Shown piece by piece: positions 1 through 10,309 of a stretch of 64,000 nucleotides of DNA. Within the stretch, counting starts at the first letter, position 1, and every line of letters begins with the position of its first letter. Under the pieces are notes generated by a model. The model did not search any database and was not told the origin of the DNA. It saw only the letters and a list, made by a program, of their open reading frames with translations. Origin of the DNA: a virus (lineage: Duplodnaviria > Heunggongvirae > Uroviricota > Caudoviricetes); the IMG/VR virus record IMGVR_UViG_3300037466_003757, positions 54,680 to 118,679 of that record; one strand, written 5' to 3'. Both the position numbers and the translations under genes were made by a program.

Positions 1-239
1 GAAGCGGACTGTCGCCGTTGACATAGACGGTACGGTTCAAACCGAGAAGGTCAACGACCTGATCTAACGAGTACCCGGGGTCCGCTGCCTCGTCCGCCAA
101 GTCCGCGGGGGCATTCACGGTTTCCTCTGTTTCGTTTCCAGCCGACATGTGATATATTCGACCTGTCTGTGTCGACAATTTTCACCAGCCGCGGTCGCGG
201 CAGTGATCCCGAGACCCCGCCAGAAGCGTCCTGGCGGGG

Positions 240-300
240 TTTCATTTTGTCTGTGTCTGTGTCTGTGTCAGTGTCGAATGTCGGTGTCGTGTCGGTGTCG
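240..300. repeat. TGTCTG/TGTCGG tandem repeats
   Basis: gtctgtgtctgtgtctgtgtcagtgtcg...; similar TGTC-rich tracts lie upstream of minus-strand starts at 21040-21110, 23780-23830 and 26340-26400. Confidence 0.5.
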
Positions 301-309
301 AGATAGCGA

Positions 310-810
310 TCAAATACGATCGTGAAGCGTCTTCCAGTCATCGTCAGAGAATGTGACGGGCGTGAAATTCGGTACACACGGCACGTAGAACGCGGTACCG
401 AGTCCTTTTTCAATATCGTTATCCTCGTCCCAGATAACATCGTGATCTCTCCATCCGAACGCGAGTTCGCCACGACCTCGTGCGAGTGCTCGAACGGTTC
501 CGGCAATCCCGAGATGATCATCGTTTTCCGGTATGACGAGTTCATTCGGATAGAAAAGCCAAATCAAACCGCGATGCGCCAACGTGCCGAGAAACGCAGT
601 GACATCGTCGCCTTCGATATCCGCATATCCGACCGGCGAGTGTAGCGCCAGTTCCATCGTGAGACCGACGATGAAATCCGGACAAACCGCGCCGATTTTC
701 TCGCGCTGTTCCAGACCCAAATCCCATATTTTTTGATTGATCGATTCATCCGCCGTCGTCACTTGTCGTTCTCCATCGCTCGCATCATGTCTGTGAACGC
801 CACCGCCCAA
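310..810 (-). CDS. hypothetical protein
   Basis: 166-aa ORF with protein-like composition; overlapping plus-frame ORFs are Arg-rich. Confidence 0.4.
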   Translation of the reverse strand: MGGGVHRHDASDGERQVTTADESINQKIWDLGLEQREKIGAVCPDFIVGLTMELALHSPVGYADIEGDDVTAFLGTLAHRGLIWLFYPNELVIPENDDHLGIAGTVRALARGRGELAFGWRDHDVIWDEDNDIEKGLGTAFYVPCVPNFTPVTFSDDDWKTLHDRI

Positions 811-892
811 TAGCCGTTCAGAAAGTCCCGTACCGCCAAAGGTCCCAGTATCGCCACTTCGTACGGAATCTCCGGATCGTGCTCCGAGATGA

Positions 893-1429
893 TCATCGTT
901 CGTTCCTGTTTTCCATGTGTTGTCTCGCGCCGTCCATCGCCAGCGACATCATGTGCTGCAATCGACTCTGATCCTCCGGCTCCCACTGCTCTGTCCGCAG
1001 TCGCTCGCCCTCACGCTCGATTTTCTCGAGATCGCTCTGCGTCAGAAAGGCGACCGCGTTCGGCGCGACGATCGCATACCACATCGGCGCTGTATTCATG
1101 AAACCACTCACGGCACTGTCACGAACTCTAGCGTCGTTGCTCTTACCCGCGCCCAACGCGAGTTTGCCCTGGAACCGTGCGTTCGCCAGTAACGCGACCG
1201 TACGCTCGCCGGGCGAATCCGTCGTCAGCATGTCCTTCACGGCGTCCCGATTGAACGTCCACAACTGCCCGCGCTCGTACATCATGTACAGAATCCAGGC
1301 GATGCTGTCTTCGTTGACGCCGTCCGGCGAGGCGATGGCGATCTCCACGGTCACGAGATCGTAGAACGCCGTATTCGTCTCCTGAATGACGCGGGAGATG
1401 TCGAACATACGACCGATGTAGTCGATCAC
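893..1429 (-). CDS. hypothetical protein
   Basis: 178-aa ORF; 4-bp overlap with the downstream gene. Confidence 0.5.
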   Translation of the reverse strand: MIDYIGRMFDISRVIQETNTAFYDLVTVEIAIASPDGVNEDSIAWILYMMYERGQLWTFNRDAVKDMLTTDSPGERTVALLANARFQGKLALGAGKSNDARVRDSAVSGFMNTAPMWYAIVAPNAVAFLTQSDLEKIEREGERLRTEQWEPEDQSRLQHMMSLAMDGARQHMENRNER

Positions 1430-1803
1430 TTGTCATTGTCCTTGTCTGTATTCGTTGTCATGCGTGCCGCGCGGGGATCCACGCGTCCACGGTTCATATA
1501 GGCGATGAGTTCGCTGCGGCGGTACATGATCGTCGGCGAACCGTTCGACCTGAGCCGTTCCGAATCCTCGTAATACGGCGGTCCGATGCCACTCTTTCGC
1601 CATCTGAAGAGCGTCGGTTGTGAAACCGAGAGGAATCGGCATGTCTCCGCTACCGTCATGAAGCGATCCTCGGAATCGGCTTCATCGCTGCTTTCGTGGT
1701 TGGAAGTCACGATCATTGTCGACACGAGCGCTCTTTCTGGGTATTTGAACAGATCGGTGCGAATTGACATAAATTCGAACCGCGTTCGGAAATCGTACGC
1801 CAC
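1426..1803 (-). CDS. helix-turn-helix DNA-binding protein (Xis/MerR-like)
   Basis: GTG start; HTH motif ETCRFLSVSQPTLFRWRKSG. Confidence 0.55.
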   Translation of the reverse strand: MAYDFRTRFEFMSIRTDLFKYPERALVSTMIVTSNHESSDEADSEDRFMTVAETCRFLSVSQPTLFRWRKSGIGPPYYEDSERLRSNGSPTIMYRRSELIAYMNRGRVDPRAARMTTNTDKDNDK

Positions 1804-1855
1804 AAGTTTTCATCACGAAACCCGTCAATGGCTATTCCCGGAATACGATTCCGTC

Positions 1856-2320
1856 ATGCCCGAAAATTCCGTGCACTCTCGTCTGCACTCCATCGCAGCC
1901 TTTCTCTCCTCGGCGAAGGTGCAGGGCATTTTCCACCTGTGCGGTCTCGTCGTATTCCTCGCGCTCGTCGCACCGTCCGTACTGTGGTGGTCCACCTCCG
2001 TTCCATACCTCGTCTATCTGTCCGTGTACGCGGTCGTCGTCGCCCACTGGGCGGGAGCTGTCGCCGCCCTCAGCGCTCTCCGGACCGAGCAAGCGAACGG
2101 AACGGATCACAACGACTCACAACGCTCGCACGACGCGCCAGGTTCGACGTGCTCGCATTGCGGGCGTTCGGACGATGACGAATCCCGAAACAGCGATGCA
2201 ATACGGGAGAAACGACTACAGCGTCTTTCGAGATACAAGCGCGACGACGATCCCGGCATCGTCAGTCCGATCGAACGGATGCGACCCACAGACGACGGCG
2301 ATCTCGACCCACTTCGTTAG
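1856..2320 (+). CDS. membrane protein
   Basis: Internal Met of the 1586 ORF chosen to avoid overlap; several predicted TM helices. Confidence 0.35.
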   Translation: MPENSVHSRLHSIAAFLSSAKVQGIFHLCGLVVFLALVAPSVLWWSTSVPYLVYLSVYAVVVAHWAGAVAALSALRTEQANGTDHNDSQRSHDAPGSTCSHCGRSDDDESRNSDAIREKRLQRLSRYKRDDDPGIVSPIERMRPTDDGDLDPLR

Positions 2321-2322
2321 TG

Positions 2323-2351
2323 TTTACATACCTGTACTCATGTGATACGAT
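2323..2351 (+). promoter_or_regulatory. sigma-A-type promoter TTTACA-N17-TACGAT
   Basis: Member of the conserved promoter family; extended TGA before the -10 element. Confidence 0.6.
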
Positions 2352-2396
2352 ACGTCATAACGGAACGAACGAACACCGACACCGACAGGACAGACG

Positions 2397-2591
2397 ATGA
2401 CCAGCAAGACCACCATCTTCGTTCTCATCACCCTCGTCGTCACCACCGCGATCTTCGGTGCCGTGAACGGTTGGGCGTTCGCCGGACTTTATTACAGCGT
2501 CGACGGCATGACCTTTCGCGCGATCGTCGCAATTCTGACGGATATCGCCGCGTTGATCGTGACGATCATCGCCGCGAAAAACCTCGACTGA
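2397..2591 (+). CDS. small membrane protein
   Basis: 64 aa, hydrophobic; lies downstream of a family promoter. Confidence 0.5.
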   Translation: MTSKTTIFVLITLVVTTAIFGAVNGWAFAGLYYSVDGMTFRAIVAILTDIAALIVTIIAAKNLD

Positions 2592-2719
2592 CTCGTTCTG
2601 GGCGTCGCACACGCGGCGTCCGGTTCGCTCGAACAGAACAAAAACGGAACACAGACAATGACAATTGTAGCCGCAATCAATTACGCCGTCATGGCCACAA
2701 TAGTTTGGATGTGCTTTCA

Positions 2720-2986
2720 ATGACCAAAACGAAACTCGTCATTCGTCTCGTCTTGTTCGGTTTGACCGTCGTCGGCACGGTCATCGGCGTTCTGTTGACG
2801 ATCATGTGGGCCTGTATTCTCGCCTTCGGTCACCGGAATATCGCCGATTCCTTGTTCTTCGCGATCGTGTCGTGCTCCGTGGCGTGGCTGTGCGCGTTGC
2901 GCGCCCTGGATCTGTGGGAGCAGTATCAACACGAACGCACACAGTTCGAACGTGAGAACGAGTACAAACGCGGATATCAACGATAA
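2720..2986 (+). CDS. small membrane protein
   Basis: Internal Met MTKTKLV... of the 2342 ORF; N-terminal part of that ORF is Arg-rich junk. Confidence 0.45.
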   Translation: MTKTKLVIRLVLFGLTVVGTVIGVLLTIMWACILAFGHRNIADSLFFAIVSCSVAWLCALRALDLWEQYQHERTQFERENEYKRGYQR

Positions 2987-3033
2987 AAACGTAGCAATGC
3001 GACAACGACAACGACGAAGACAGGACACAGACA

Positions 3034-3477
3034 ATGCCAGCGATCAACACGTCCATGCACACCGTCGCGTCCAGTTATCTGGATACGGGCGTGACCATGC
3101 TTCCCGTGTACGATGTCAGTATTCTCATTCCGCACGAGGTCGAACCGGGCGATTTGTTCGCGACGATCGGTGGTTACGTCAACAGCGAGGATCCCGTGAG
3201 CGTCACCGTGACGTTCGTACGTAACGATCCGAACGGTCTGTTCCGCGTGAATCTTTCCGGCGGATGGAATACGCTCGGAACGTTATTGACCGATATATTC
3301 CAGTACGCGGGATTTTTCGACGACAAATCCGCTAAGTCTTCCGAGGCGCGTGCCGCGTCGATGATGGTCATGCAGACATCGGTCGAGAACGAAAGTCACG
3401 TTCTGATCAGTCGTGCGGGTCGCCTCGAAATGATCACCAAGATCGAATACGACAACATGACAAGGGCAATGAAATGA
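3034..3477 (+). CDS. hypothetical protein
   Basis: 147-aa ORF preceded by a purine/ACA-rich leader. Confidence 0.5.
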   Translation: MPAINTSMHTVASSYLDTGVTMLPVYDVSILIPHEVEPGDLFATIGGYVNSEDPVSVTVTFVRNDPNGLFRVNLSGGWNTLGTLLTDIFQYAGFFDDKSAKSSEARAASMMVMQTSVENESHVLISRAGRLEMITKIEYDNMTRAMK

Positions 3478-3809
3478 CCGAGCGATTCACGTATCCGTCG
3501 CACACCATTTTCGACGTGACGATCTATCCGCAGAACATCGACTATCTGGGTAATATCGTGACCGATCTCGCTCGTGCGGGCGAACATGCCCAATGGTCGG
3601 TCACGCCCACCGATGCGTCGTCCCGGCAGATCCAGATCCAGTTGCGGGGTACGTACCGCAATCTGCTGGACACGATCACACAGATGTTCGATCATCCCGG
3701 TATGTTCACGGGTGAGGAACCGTTGAAGAGTCACGAGGCGATTCTCGCCGCGAACGCGGTCATGGTGACCGCGCGCCGCGTCGTGACCATTCACGAGGAG
3801 ATCGCATGA
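3474..3809 (+). CDS. hypothetical protein
   Basis: 111 aa; 4-bp overlap suggests translational coupling. Confidence 0.5.
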   Translation: MTERFTYPSHTIFDVTIYPQNIDYLGNIVTDLARAGEHAQWSVTPTDASSRQIQIQLRGTYRNLLDTITQMFDHPGMFTGEEPLKSHEAILAANAVMVTARRVVTIHEEIA

Positions 3810-4027
3810 ACATACGTACTCGAATCCTTCTGCTGAAGGCGTTTTCGTGGGGACTCTGGATCGTTTACTACTTTCTCATGTGCTATTCGGTGACCGAACT
3901 GTTCTTGAACGCGTCGGATTGGGCGACCTGGGTCATCGTGACCGGCATCACCAGCGCAATCGTGTTCGTCGTCGGTTCGTTCGTCTCCGGTGCCATCACC
4001 CATCTCGAGAAAAGCGACAAGAAATGA
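3806..4027 (+). CDS. small membrane protein
   Basis: 73 aa, hydrophobic. Confidence 0.5.
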   Translation: MNIRTRILLLKAFSWGLWIVYYFLMCYSVTELFLNASDWATWVIVTGITSAIVFVVGSFVSGAITHLEKSDKK

Positions 4028-4221
4028 AAGATATGCGGTATTACATCGCCGTTCTCAAGATCTACGGGCTTTTTCTCATGATTCTGAACACGGCGACGTT
4101 CATCGCTTGGGTCACGAACCCGCACGATCACAAGGTGCTTCTGTTCGTCACTCTCGGTCTGGATCTGCTCACGGTCGCCGTGGCGATCATCGACGCGATC
4201 GTGGAAAACGCCCGTGACTAG
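4024..4221 (+). CDS. small membrane protein
   Basis: MKDMRYY... internal start of the 3847 ORF; TM helices. Confidence 0.4.
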   Translation: MKDMRYYIAVLKIYGLFLMILNTATFIAWVTNPHDHKVLLFVTLGLDLLTVAVAIIDAIVENARD

Positions 4222-4414
4222 TCAACGATGGCGTTTGCTCTCCCAGATGACTCTGATCATCTCGATTTTCGCGTCCGTTTTCACGCTCACCTCGATGGCG
4301 ATTCATCCGAATCTGTCCACGTGGCCGTGGACACTCACATCGATGTGCGTCGCCGTCGTCTCGTTGGTGATTTTCGACTACGCCCGCGAACGTGCGAAAG
4401 ACGAGGACGCGTGA
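4214..4414 (+). CDS. small membrane protein
   Basis: 66 aa, hydrophobic. Confidence 0.45.
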   Translation: MTSQRWRLLSQMTLIISIFASVFTLTSMAIHPNLSTWPWTLTSMCVAVVSLVIFDYARERAKDEDA

Positions 4415-4788
4415 TGATCACTTCGTTTAGTTTTCGCGAATTGAGACAGTACCGCAAATTGAACAAAGCCGATCGCGTGTTCATGCAGTCGAAAATCTCG
4501 GGCGTCATCGGATTGCTGGCTGCCGTCGTACTCGTCATCATTGTCATATTCAATCCGTATGGCGTGAACGGCGTGATGGTGTATGTTCTGCTCGGTGTCA
4601 CAGTCACGATGATCGCGGGACTGTGGTCGGCGGACATGCTGGCGATGAAAGCGATCGAATTACATCGAGAGACTCGCGATCGATTGTGGGACGCATATTT
4701 CAATGTCAACGCCACAAGTAACGATCTGAGCGACGATCTGAGCGACGAAAAAAGTTCCGACGATAGTTTTCCCGACCGCGACGTGTAA
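4414..4788 (+). CDS. membrane protein with acidic C-terminus
   Basis: MITSFSF... start inside the 4228 ORF; TM helices followed by a D/S-rich tail. Confidence 0.45.
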   Translation: MITSFSFRELRQYRKLNKADRVFMQSKISGVIGLLAAVVLVIIVIFNPYGVNGVMVYVLLGVTVTMIAGLWSADMLAMKAIELHRETRDRLWDAYFNVNATSNDLSDDLSDEKSSDDSFPDRDV

Positions 4789-4863
4789 ATCGCTCAGCGT
4801 TTAACTGAGACGTCAATAGCGACGTTTTGCGAATACGACAACGACAAGACGAAAGACAAAACG

Positions 4864-5319
4864 ATGACCGACAAGATTTATCTGACTCCCGAACCGCCAC
4901 GTTTCGGTTCACCGTTACTGCCTCCGCCGATGCCTTCATCGAATGCTCCCGAATCGGAACTTTCGGAGAACGAGCCGGAAAGGCGTCGTCAAGAGCGAAC
5001 ACAGGCGATCTCCGAATTCAATTGGCGCGTACGGATCACCGTCGCCGACGATCGTCATCTTCCGGAGGAAGTGATCCGTATCCTCGGTAGCCGTGATTTC
5101 GAGGGATTGGATTGGACGTTGTCCAGTTCACCGATTTGTTTCGGAATGTTTCAGCTCACAGTGACCGACGAATTCCCGACCGTCAAGCATTTTTTGCGCA
5201 CGTTGACGCTCAAAACGGGCGTGATTCGACACAGTCCGCCGTTGACTATCGCAGAAGCAGATATTGCCGCGACCACGCTGATGCTGACCGCAGAACGCGT
5301 CGATCCGAAGGACAAGTGA
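4864..5319 (+). CDS. hypothetical protein
   Basis: 151-aa ORF with an ACA-rich leader. Confidence 0.5.
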   Translation: MTDKIYLTPEPPRFGSPLLPPPMPSSNAPESELSENEPERRRQERTQAISEFNWRVRITVADDRHLPEEVIRILGSRDFEGLDWTLSSSPICFGMFQLTVTDEFPTVKHFLRTLTLKTGVIRHSPPLTIAEADIAATTLMLTAERVDPKDK

Positions 5320-5320
5320 C

Positions 5321-6205
5321 ATGCAACTCGGTGAAAACTGGCAGTGCGAACCCCAGGATAACGTCACCGCGAGCGACGCACGGCATTTCTACGTATTTGC
5401 TGCCGCGTTGGATCTTCTCGAAGAGAAACCGAACCTTCTCGGGGATCAACGTGTCTACGAAGAATGTATGAAGATCCAGGAACTCGTCTGCGGTCTCACT
5501 CCCGACAGAATCATGCAGACCTGGCTGTCGATCATCAATAATCGTGACATCGAATCGCTGGAACAGATCTTCGTGGACGAGAGCGACGAAGCCATGTACA
5601 TGCGAAAACTGTCGCCGCTCGGCGTACTTTTCGACCATGACATCATGTCTGCGTGCAGTCGGCGTGCGATCAATCGCGAAATGATCAAGCACCGGGAGCG
5701 GAAGGAGATTTTCTCGCGCGAACGTGAAAAAGCGGCGGAGATTGCGCGTAAGTTCGATGAGCGGGAAAACGATTATCCGCTCACTCGTACGACTTCGGAG
5801 GATGATATGTCCGATACCGACGACATCCGCGACAGCGCCGACATTCTCGACGACGGCGACGACATTCAATCCGTCGTTCATCCCGCCACACCGTGGATCC
5901 CACCGGTTATTTCCGACCGGACTCGGAAACTGGTCCGGCAGATCCTGAAGTCGGACACCGGTAAGGGTACGTACCGCGCCAGTCTCACCCTGGACGAGCA
6001 TCGTGACTTGATGGATGCCGCGCGGGAACTGAAGCTCGTTCACGGGCACGTCATCGAGACGATCACGTCCTACGATACTTCGGATCCGAACGCGATGTAC
6101 GAGACCAAGGCGATTGCGACGGCGTCCGGTCTCACCGCGTTGCTGATCTACAAGCACGAGATCGCCAAATTCCGCGGTCACATCAAAACGAACGACGCGA
6201 AATGA
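5321..6205 (+). CDS. hypothetical protein
   Basis: 294-aa ORF. Confidence 0.55.
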   Translation: MQLGENWQCEPQDNVTASDARHFYVFAAALDLLEEKPNLLGDQRVYEECMKIQELVCGLTPDRIMQTWLSIINNRDIESLEQIFVDESDEAMYMRKLSPLGVLFDHDIMSACSRRAINREMIKHRERKEIFSREREKAAEIARKFDERENDYPLTRTTSEDDMSDTDDIRDSADILDDGDDIQSVVHPATPWIPPVISDRTRKLVRQILKSDTGKGTYRASLTLDEHRDLMDAARELKLVHGHVIETITSYDTSDPNAMYETKAIATASGLTALLIYKHEIAKFRGHIKTNDAK

Positions 6206-6732
6206 GCGAGATCTTCGAAGTATCAGCTCCCAGTGGCAGGGACGGCGCGCTCGTACTCGGTCACACCAACGGTGACATTGCGGAGGACACCAAACTCAAA
6301 ATGCGTTTGATGCGTGAATTGACGCGCATCGTCGGAAGCGATCCGGTCAAATATCCGCTGACGTTCACGTTGACTGGCGACACGAATCATCCCGGTGAAT
6401 GGCTGATCGAAATCAAGGGTCCGCACAGTACTATCATCGATGCGCTAACCAAGGCGACCGCTGCCGCACGTTTCGACGAGAAAAACGCAAACGTACCGGA
6501 ACCGCCGAAAACGTACGCGGAACGGACTGAACGGCGAGTTTCGCAACGTGACGCGATCACGCGAGTCATCAATGCCGTCGACCGTTATCAGCACGCGTAT
6601 GCGTCCGATGATCCCGCATGGGCCGACGAAGAAAGTTATGCGGAAGAACTCATTTGCACCGCGGCGCGTGAACTCGTCGAGACAACCGATGCGGTGCATC
6701 CGAATGATCAGCCAATAGGATGGAAGAAGTGA
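6202..6732 (+). CDS. hypothetical protein
   Basis: 176-aa ORF; 4-bp overlap with the upstream gene. Confidence 0.55.
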   Translation: MSEIFEVSAPSGRDGALVLGHTNGDIAEDTKLKMRLMRELTRIVGSDPVKYPLTFTLTGDTNHPGEWLIEIKGPHSTIIDALTKATAAARFDEKNANVPEPPKTYAERTERRVSQRDAITRVINAVDRYQHAYASDDPAWADEESYAEELICTAARELVETTDAVHPNDQPIGWKK

Positions 6733-7184
6733 CCAAGGGACGTTTCAGCGCGGTTCGTTACGCGAGTCGAGTCGCGGAGGAGACCGCGCTGGCCACGCTC
6801 GAACGGTTTTACGACGGACCGTGGTATCCCATTCTGCCGTCCCATTTGCTGCGATCCGCCCAGGTCACTACGACACCGGAAGCACAGCGACGGTTCGTCC
6901 GCGAGACGTACAACTGCTGGGACGTCACGACTCGGCAGAAATGGTACGACTACTATTGTTGCGCTAAGCACGGCGACATGGTTGTCGGTGGGCCGAATCA
7001 CGGTCGCTGCAATTCCTGTATCGCCGAACGACAGATTCCGTCACCGGATCCGCGCATGATGTTCGAGACGATCACCGTGATTAACGAATTGATCGAGACC
7101 GGCGACATCAAAGACACGCCTATGCCTGATGATCTCGTTCTGCTGATTCAGCTCTTGACGGGACAGAACGGAGACAGCGTATGA
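6720..7184 (+). CDS. Cys-rich (zinc-binding?) protein
   Basis: CC...H...C..C cluster. Confidence 0.5.
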   Translation: MEEVTKGRFSAVRYASRVAEETALATLERFYDGPWYPILPSHLLRSAQVTTTPEAQRRFVRETYNCWDVTTRQKWYDYYCCAKHGDMVVGGPNHGRCNSCIAERQIPSPDPRMMFETITVINELIETGDIKDTPMPDDLVLLIQLLTGQNGDSV

Positions 7185-7390
7185 GAGAAATTGATTGCCG
7201 TGTCGATATTTATACCGGTGCCGGTTCGTCCATGCGAATCGTTCACGTACCGACAGGTCTCACCGTTACCGGAGAGATCACGAAATCTCAGCTCTTGACC
7301 AAAACGCAGTTGATGAACGAATTGGCCGCTCGTCTTGTACAGCATTTGGCGTCTGAACGTGACGCTGACGAACTGGGAGACGAATATTGA
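7181..7390 (+). CDS. hypothetical protein
   Basis: 69 aa. Confidence 0.45.
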   Translation: MREIDCRVDIYTGAGSSMRIVHVPTGLTVTGEITKSQLLTKTQLMNELAARLVQHLASERDADELGDEY

Positions 7391-7890
7391 CGAATATTTC
7401 GACAAGACTGACCGAGGCGCTCGATATGATCGCCAAACGCGGAATGATCGGGTCGCACGAACCCGTGTATTCCGTTAATTACGATGATCTGATCAGTATC
7501 GTCGTGCGTGACGTCGCATTGACTCGTGACGAACATCCGACGATTATGCCGGTAGCGGTATCGAAGATGAGCATGACATCCGAACACGCGGAGAATTGGA
7601 TCAAAGGTCTCGCATTTCCTCCGGTGTCGTGGTTCGAAGAAATCCGGCGTCTCATCGAAAACGAGTACATGACATCGAGTGCGTTATTGTCACAATTCCG
7701 CGGTATCATCGATTTCCGTCCGGACGTCGCACCTTCACGTCTTTTACGAACCGCAATGTTCGATTGCAGTGGTATCGTTGATCACGAAATCGCGCATTTT
7801 CACTGGCGACAAGCGAATACACGAAAATTTATCGCGAATGTCGATCGTGCGCTTCAATTCGTCGCGTTGCACGAATTGAGGTCGAACTGA
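7387..7890 (+). CDS. hypothetical protein
   Basis: 167 aa. Confidence 0.5.
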   Translation: MTNISTRLTEALDMIAKRGMIGSHEPVYSVNYDDLISIVVRDVALTRDEHPTIMPVAVSKMSMTSEHAENWIKGLAFPPVSWFEEIRRLIENEYMTSSALLSQFRGIIDFRPDVAPSRLLRTAMFDCSGIVDHEIAHFHWRQANTRKFIANVDRALQFVALHELRSN

Positions 7891-8345
7891 TGGCGCTGCG
7901 GATCAGGAGAGGACTCCATCCGCTATCCGATCACATCGGTGATAGTAATCCGTACGGTCACAATTCTCCGTACGATCCGTTTGTTCCGTATGATTCGCAC
8001 AACGGTCATGATCCGAACGATCCCAACGATATCTGTGCGATAGAAAGCACGGTTCGTCTGACTCGATATCGTGAGATTATTCTCAGACAAATAGACAACG
8101 ATATCGACGAGATCAAGCATTGTGAGCCGTTAACACGTGACTTCGGTATACTTCACATCAGTATCCAGGCCGCCGTTCAAGAAGCTGCTTGGGTGATGCG
8201 CGCATTGAATCAACCGTTGGGAGTTCGTATACATTTTCGCAAACGTATCCAGGCAGAGCTGGACGCTCTTATCACGCCGCATTATCTCGCGAAAGCCGCG
8301 ATACGTGAATTGCGCGGCGATTACGGACCGTTGCCATGTTCTTAG
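7890..8345 (+). CDS. hypothetical protein
   Basis: 151 aa. Confidence 0.5.
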   Translation: MALRIRRGLHPLSDHIGDSNPYGHNSPYDPFVPYDSHNGHDPNDPNDICAIESTVRLTRYREIILRQIDNDIDEIKHCEPLTRDFGILHISIQAAVQEAAWVMRALNQPLGVRIHFRKRIQAELDALITPHYLAKAAIRELRGDYGPLPCS

Positions 8346-8542
8346 AAACCGAGTTCGCACGAGTCGCGGTCACGATCAAACGTAAAGACGGTTCGCTTCA
8401 AACCATCGTGTATCGTGACGGAACGGTTCGTATCGAGAACGGTCAAGTCCGTATCACATCCGAGTCCATATCTGATAATCACATAATCGATGACGATACG
8501 GTGTCAGCCGACATCGCCATGGACGAAATACGACGAATTTAA
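8336..8542 (+). CDS. hypothetical protein
   Basis: 68 aa. Confidence 0.4.
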   Translation: MFLETEFARVAVTIKRKDGSLQTIVYRDGTVRIENGQVRITSESISDNHIIDDDTVSADIAMDEIRRI

Positions 8543-8559
8543 CCGACAAGGACAACGAC

Positions 8560-8913
8560 ATGCAACTGCCGTATCGCTTCAATCTCTGGTATCGTTATCG
8601 GGATTCGACCTGGCCGTTGAGAATCAAGGTGATCCGCGAAGCATTCACATGGGACGACGACGGTGACGTCGAGCGTCTCACGTTCATGACCGATCGTCGG
8701 TTCTTCGATTATGCGTGTCAACAGGCGGAAATGCGCGGTAAACTCGATGTCATTTCGGAAATGCCCGCGTATATTCGTGACAATCTCACGCATCAGCAGA
8801 TTCGTGAATTGATCGCTGCATGGGGCGAAGGTGTCGAAAACGTGATGCAATTGGTCAAGAAATCGTATTTGAATCGCGACGGCAAGTATTTCTATATCGG
8901 TGACGATAAATGA
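8560..8913 (+). CDS. hypothetical protein
   Basis: 117 aa. Confidence 0.5.
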   Translation: MQLPYRFNLWYRYRDSTWPLRIKVIREAFTWDDDGDVERLTFMTDRRFFDYACQQAEMRGKLDVISEMPAYIRDNLTHQQIRELIAAWGEGVENVMQLVKKSYLNRDGKYFYIGDDK

Positions 8914-9284
8914 CATTCATGTATCGGTATTCGCCCGGAATGCTCAAGGGTACGCGATTCTATACGTTGGCTAAAGATACCGATGACTATATCGAAAACG
9001 AAATTATCACCAACGCTGTATTTCATGCGTTGGACTTATCAAATGCATTCGAGTTATTGCGTAAAGGCCATAAGGCATCGTATGATTTCGTCCAATTATT
9101 GATACATGAAACTCGTTTAGATCGTGAATTCATCAATGCGATAGAAAATCATTATCTCAAACGTATCGAATGGGCTGAGCATCAAATTACGGCAGATCTT
9201 CAGCACAAAGCGATGCAACGAAGAAATTCGGTAAATCAAGCAGTTACGCCGGATATCGCGATGAAAGCGATGCGATCCGGTTAG
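8910..9284 (+). CDS. hypothetical protein (C-terminal VTPDIAMKAMR motif)
   Basis: 124 aa; its C-terminus is paralogous to that of the next gene. Confidence 0.5.
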   Translation: MTFMYRYSPGMLKGTRFYTLAKDTDDYIENEIITNAVFHALDLSNAFELLRKGHKASYDFVQLLIHETRLDREFINAIENHYLKRIEWAEHQITADLQHKAMQRRNSVNQAVTPDIAMKAMRSG

Positions 9285-9299
9285 AACAAAGGACACGAT

Positions 9300-9818
9300 A
9301 TGACATGGCACGATGATGATGATCTATCATCGGCATCCGGCAAACTCATCATTCCCGGTGATCCTCTCTATATGAAACGATATTTGTCTGCTGATGTGCC
9401 AGACAGTATCGATATCGTTCGCCATTGTCTGGATAGACCCTCTTCGGCGTATAAGCATCAACCGGGGCATCCGCAATATTCTCCTGAACAGTTGAAAGAC
9501 TCTTTACATTATGAAACTGCGGTAAGTCTCGATAAATTCGTAAGGGATCAAGTCGAATTCGCGAAACAACACGCAGAAGACAAGACCAAACAGGCGAAAT
9601 CGTATTTGCGATATGCGCGATCCGCCGTCCGTCAATTCACCGGTACATTGATCGCTGACTGCGATTATACAGGTTCATTCATCATGCGAATAGCGAACCA
9701 CTACGGTCATCTGTTGCAAGAGGGTTATGATGCGATCAAACCGTACGACGAGACACCGGTGACACCGGATATCGCAATGGCTGCATTGAGAGGCGAACGT
9801 AATGGCGGGACCGCATAA
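9300..9818 (+). CDS. hypothetical protein (C-terminal VTPDIAMAALR motif)
   Basis: 172 aa. Confidence 0.5.
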   Translation: MTWHDDDDLSSASGKLIIPGDPLYMKRYLSADVPDSIDIVRHCLDRPSSAYKHQPGHPQYSPEQLKDSLHYETAVSLDKFVRDQVEFAKQHAEDKTKQAKSYLRYARSAVRQFTGTLIADCDYTGSFIMRIANHYGHLLQEGYDAIKPYDETPVTPDIAMAALRGERNGGTA

Positions 9819-9986
9819 ATCATCGGGCTACACTATCGCCGAGGTACAGGCCATTCGTAACGGCTTCGCCTTGTTGAAAATCGAGATAGATCCGGACGAG
9901 ATCATGAAGAGTATCGCCGGCTTTCTCGGCGAGCACAACATGGCAGCTCTGGTCATCTACGAGTTGAGAAATTCGTAATCGAACTG

Positions 9987-10015
9987 TTTACATACCACGA
10001 TCTAGATGATACGAT
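9987..10015 (+). promoter_or_regulatory. sigma-A-type promoter TTTACA-N17-TACGAT
   Basis: Conserved family member. Confidence 0.6.
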
Positions 10016-10021
10016 AGATAC

Positions 10022-10309
10022 GTGACAACGACACAGACACCCGAACGTCTCACCGTTCGTACCGCCCGAGACCTCGGGTACAAGGCATTCATCAATTCTC
10101 CGTCTACTCCTCGTATACCCGACAAAGATCCGTCGTTTCGTGAGAAATTCGTCGCATCCGCACCGTACGGCGACGGTTTCACGTACGGAATGATGCGTGC
10201 TTGGACTGCCGGGTACGACGCTGCGCGGATCAGCGTCAATCAACGCGACAACGACAAAACCGACACCGACGTACTGTCCCAGATTCCGAAGGTAAAGGCA
10301 GCAATATGA
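10022..10309 (+). CDS. hypothetical protein
   Basis: 95 aa, downstream of a family promoter. Confidence 0.45.
   Translation: MTTTQTPERLTVRTARDLGYKAFINSPSTPRIPDKDPSFREKFVASAPYGDGFTYGMMRAWTAGYDAARISVNQRDNDKTDTDVLSQIPKVKAAI

Noticed and set aside
51-545. 164-aa minus-strand ORF containing TDTDTDTD repeats
   Set aside because: Overall Arg-rich with junk-like composition; the TD run is produced by the TGTCTG DNA repeat and overlaps the better 310-810 ORF.
1790-1800. TACGAT -10-like hexamer suggesting a family promoter
   Set aside because: It lies inside the first codons (GTG GCG TAC GAT) of the 1426-1803 gene and has no TTTACA partner.
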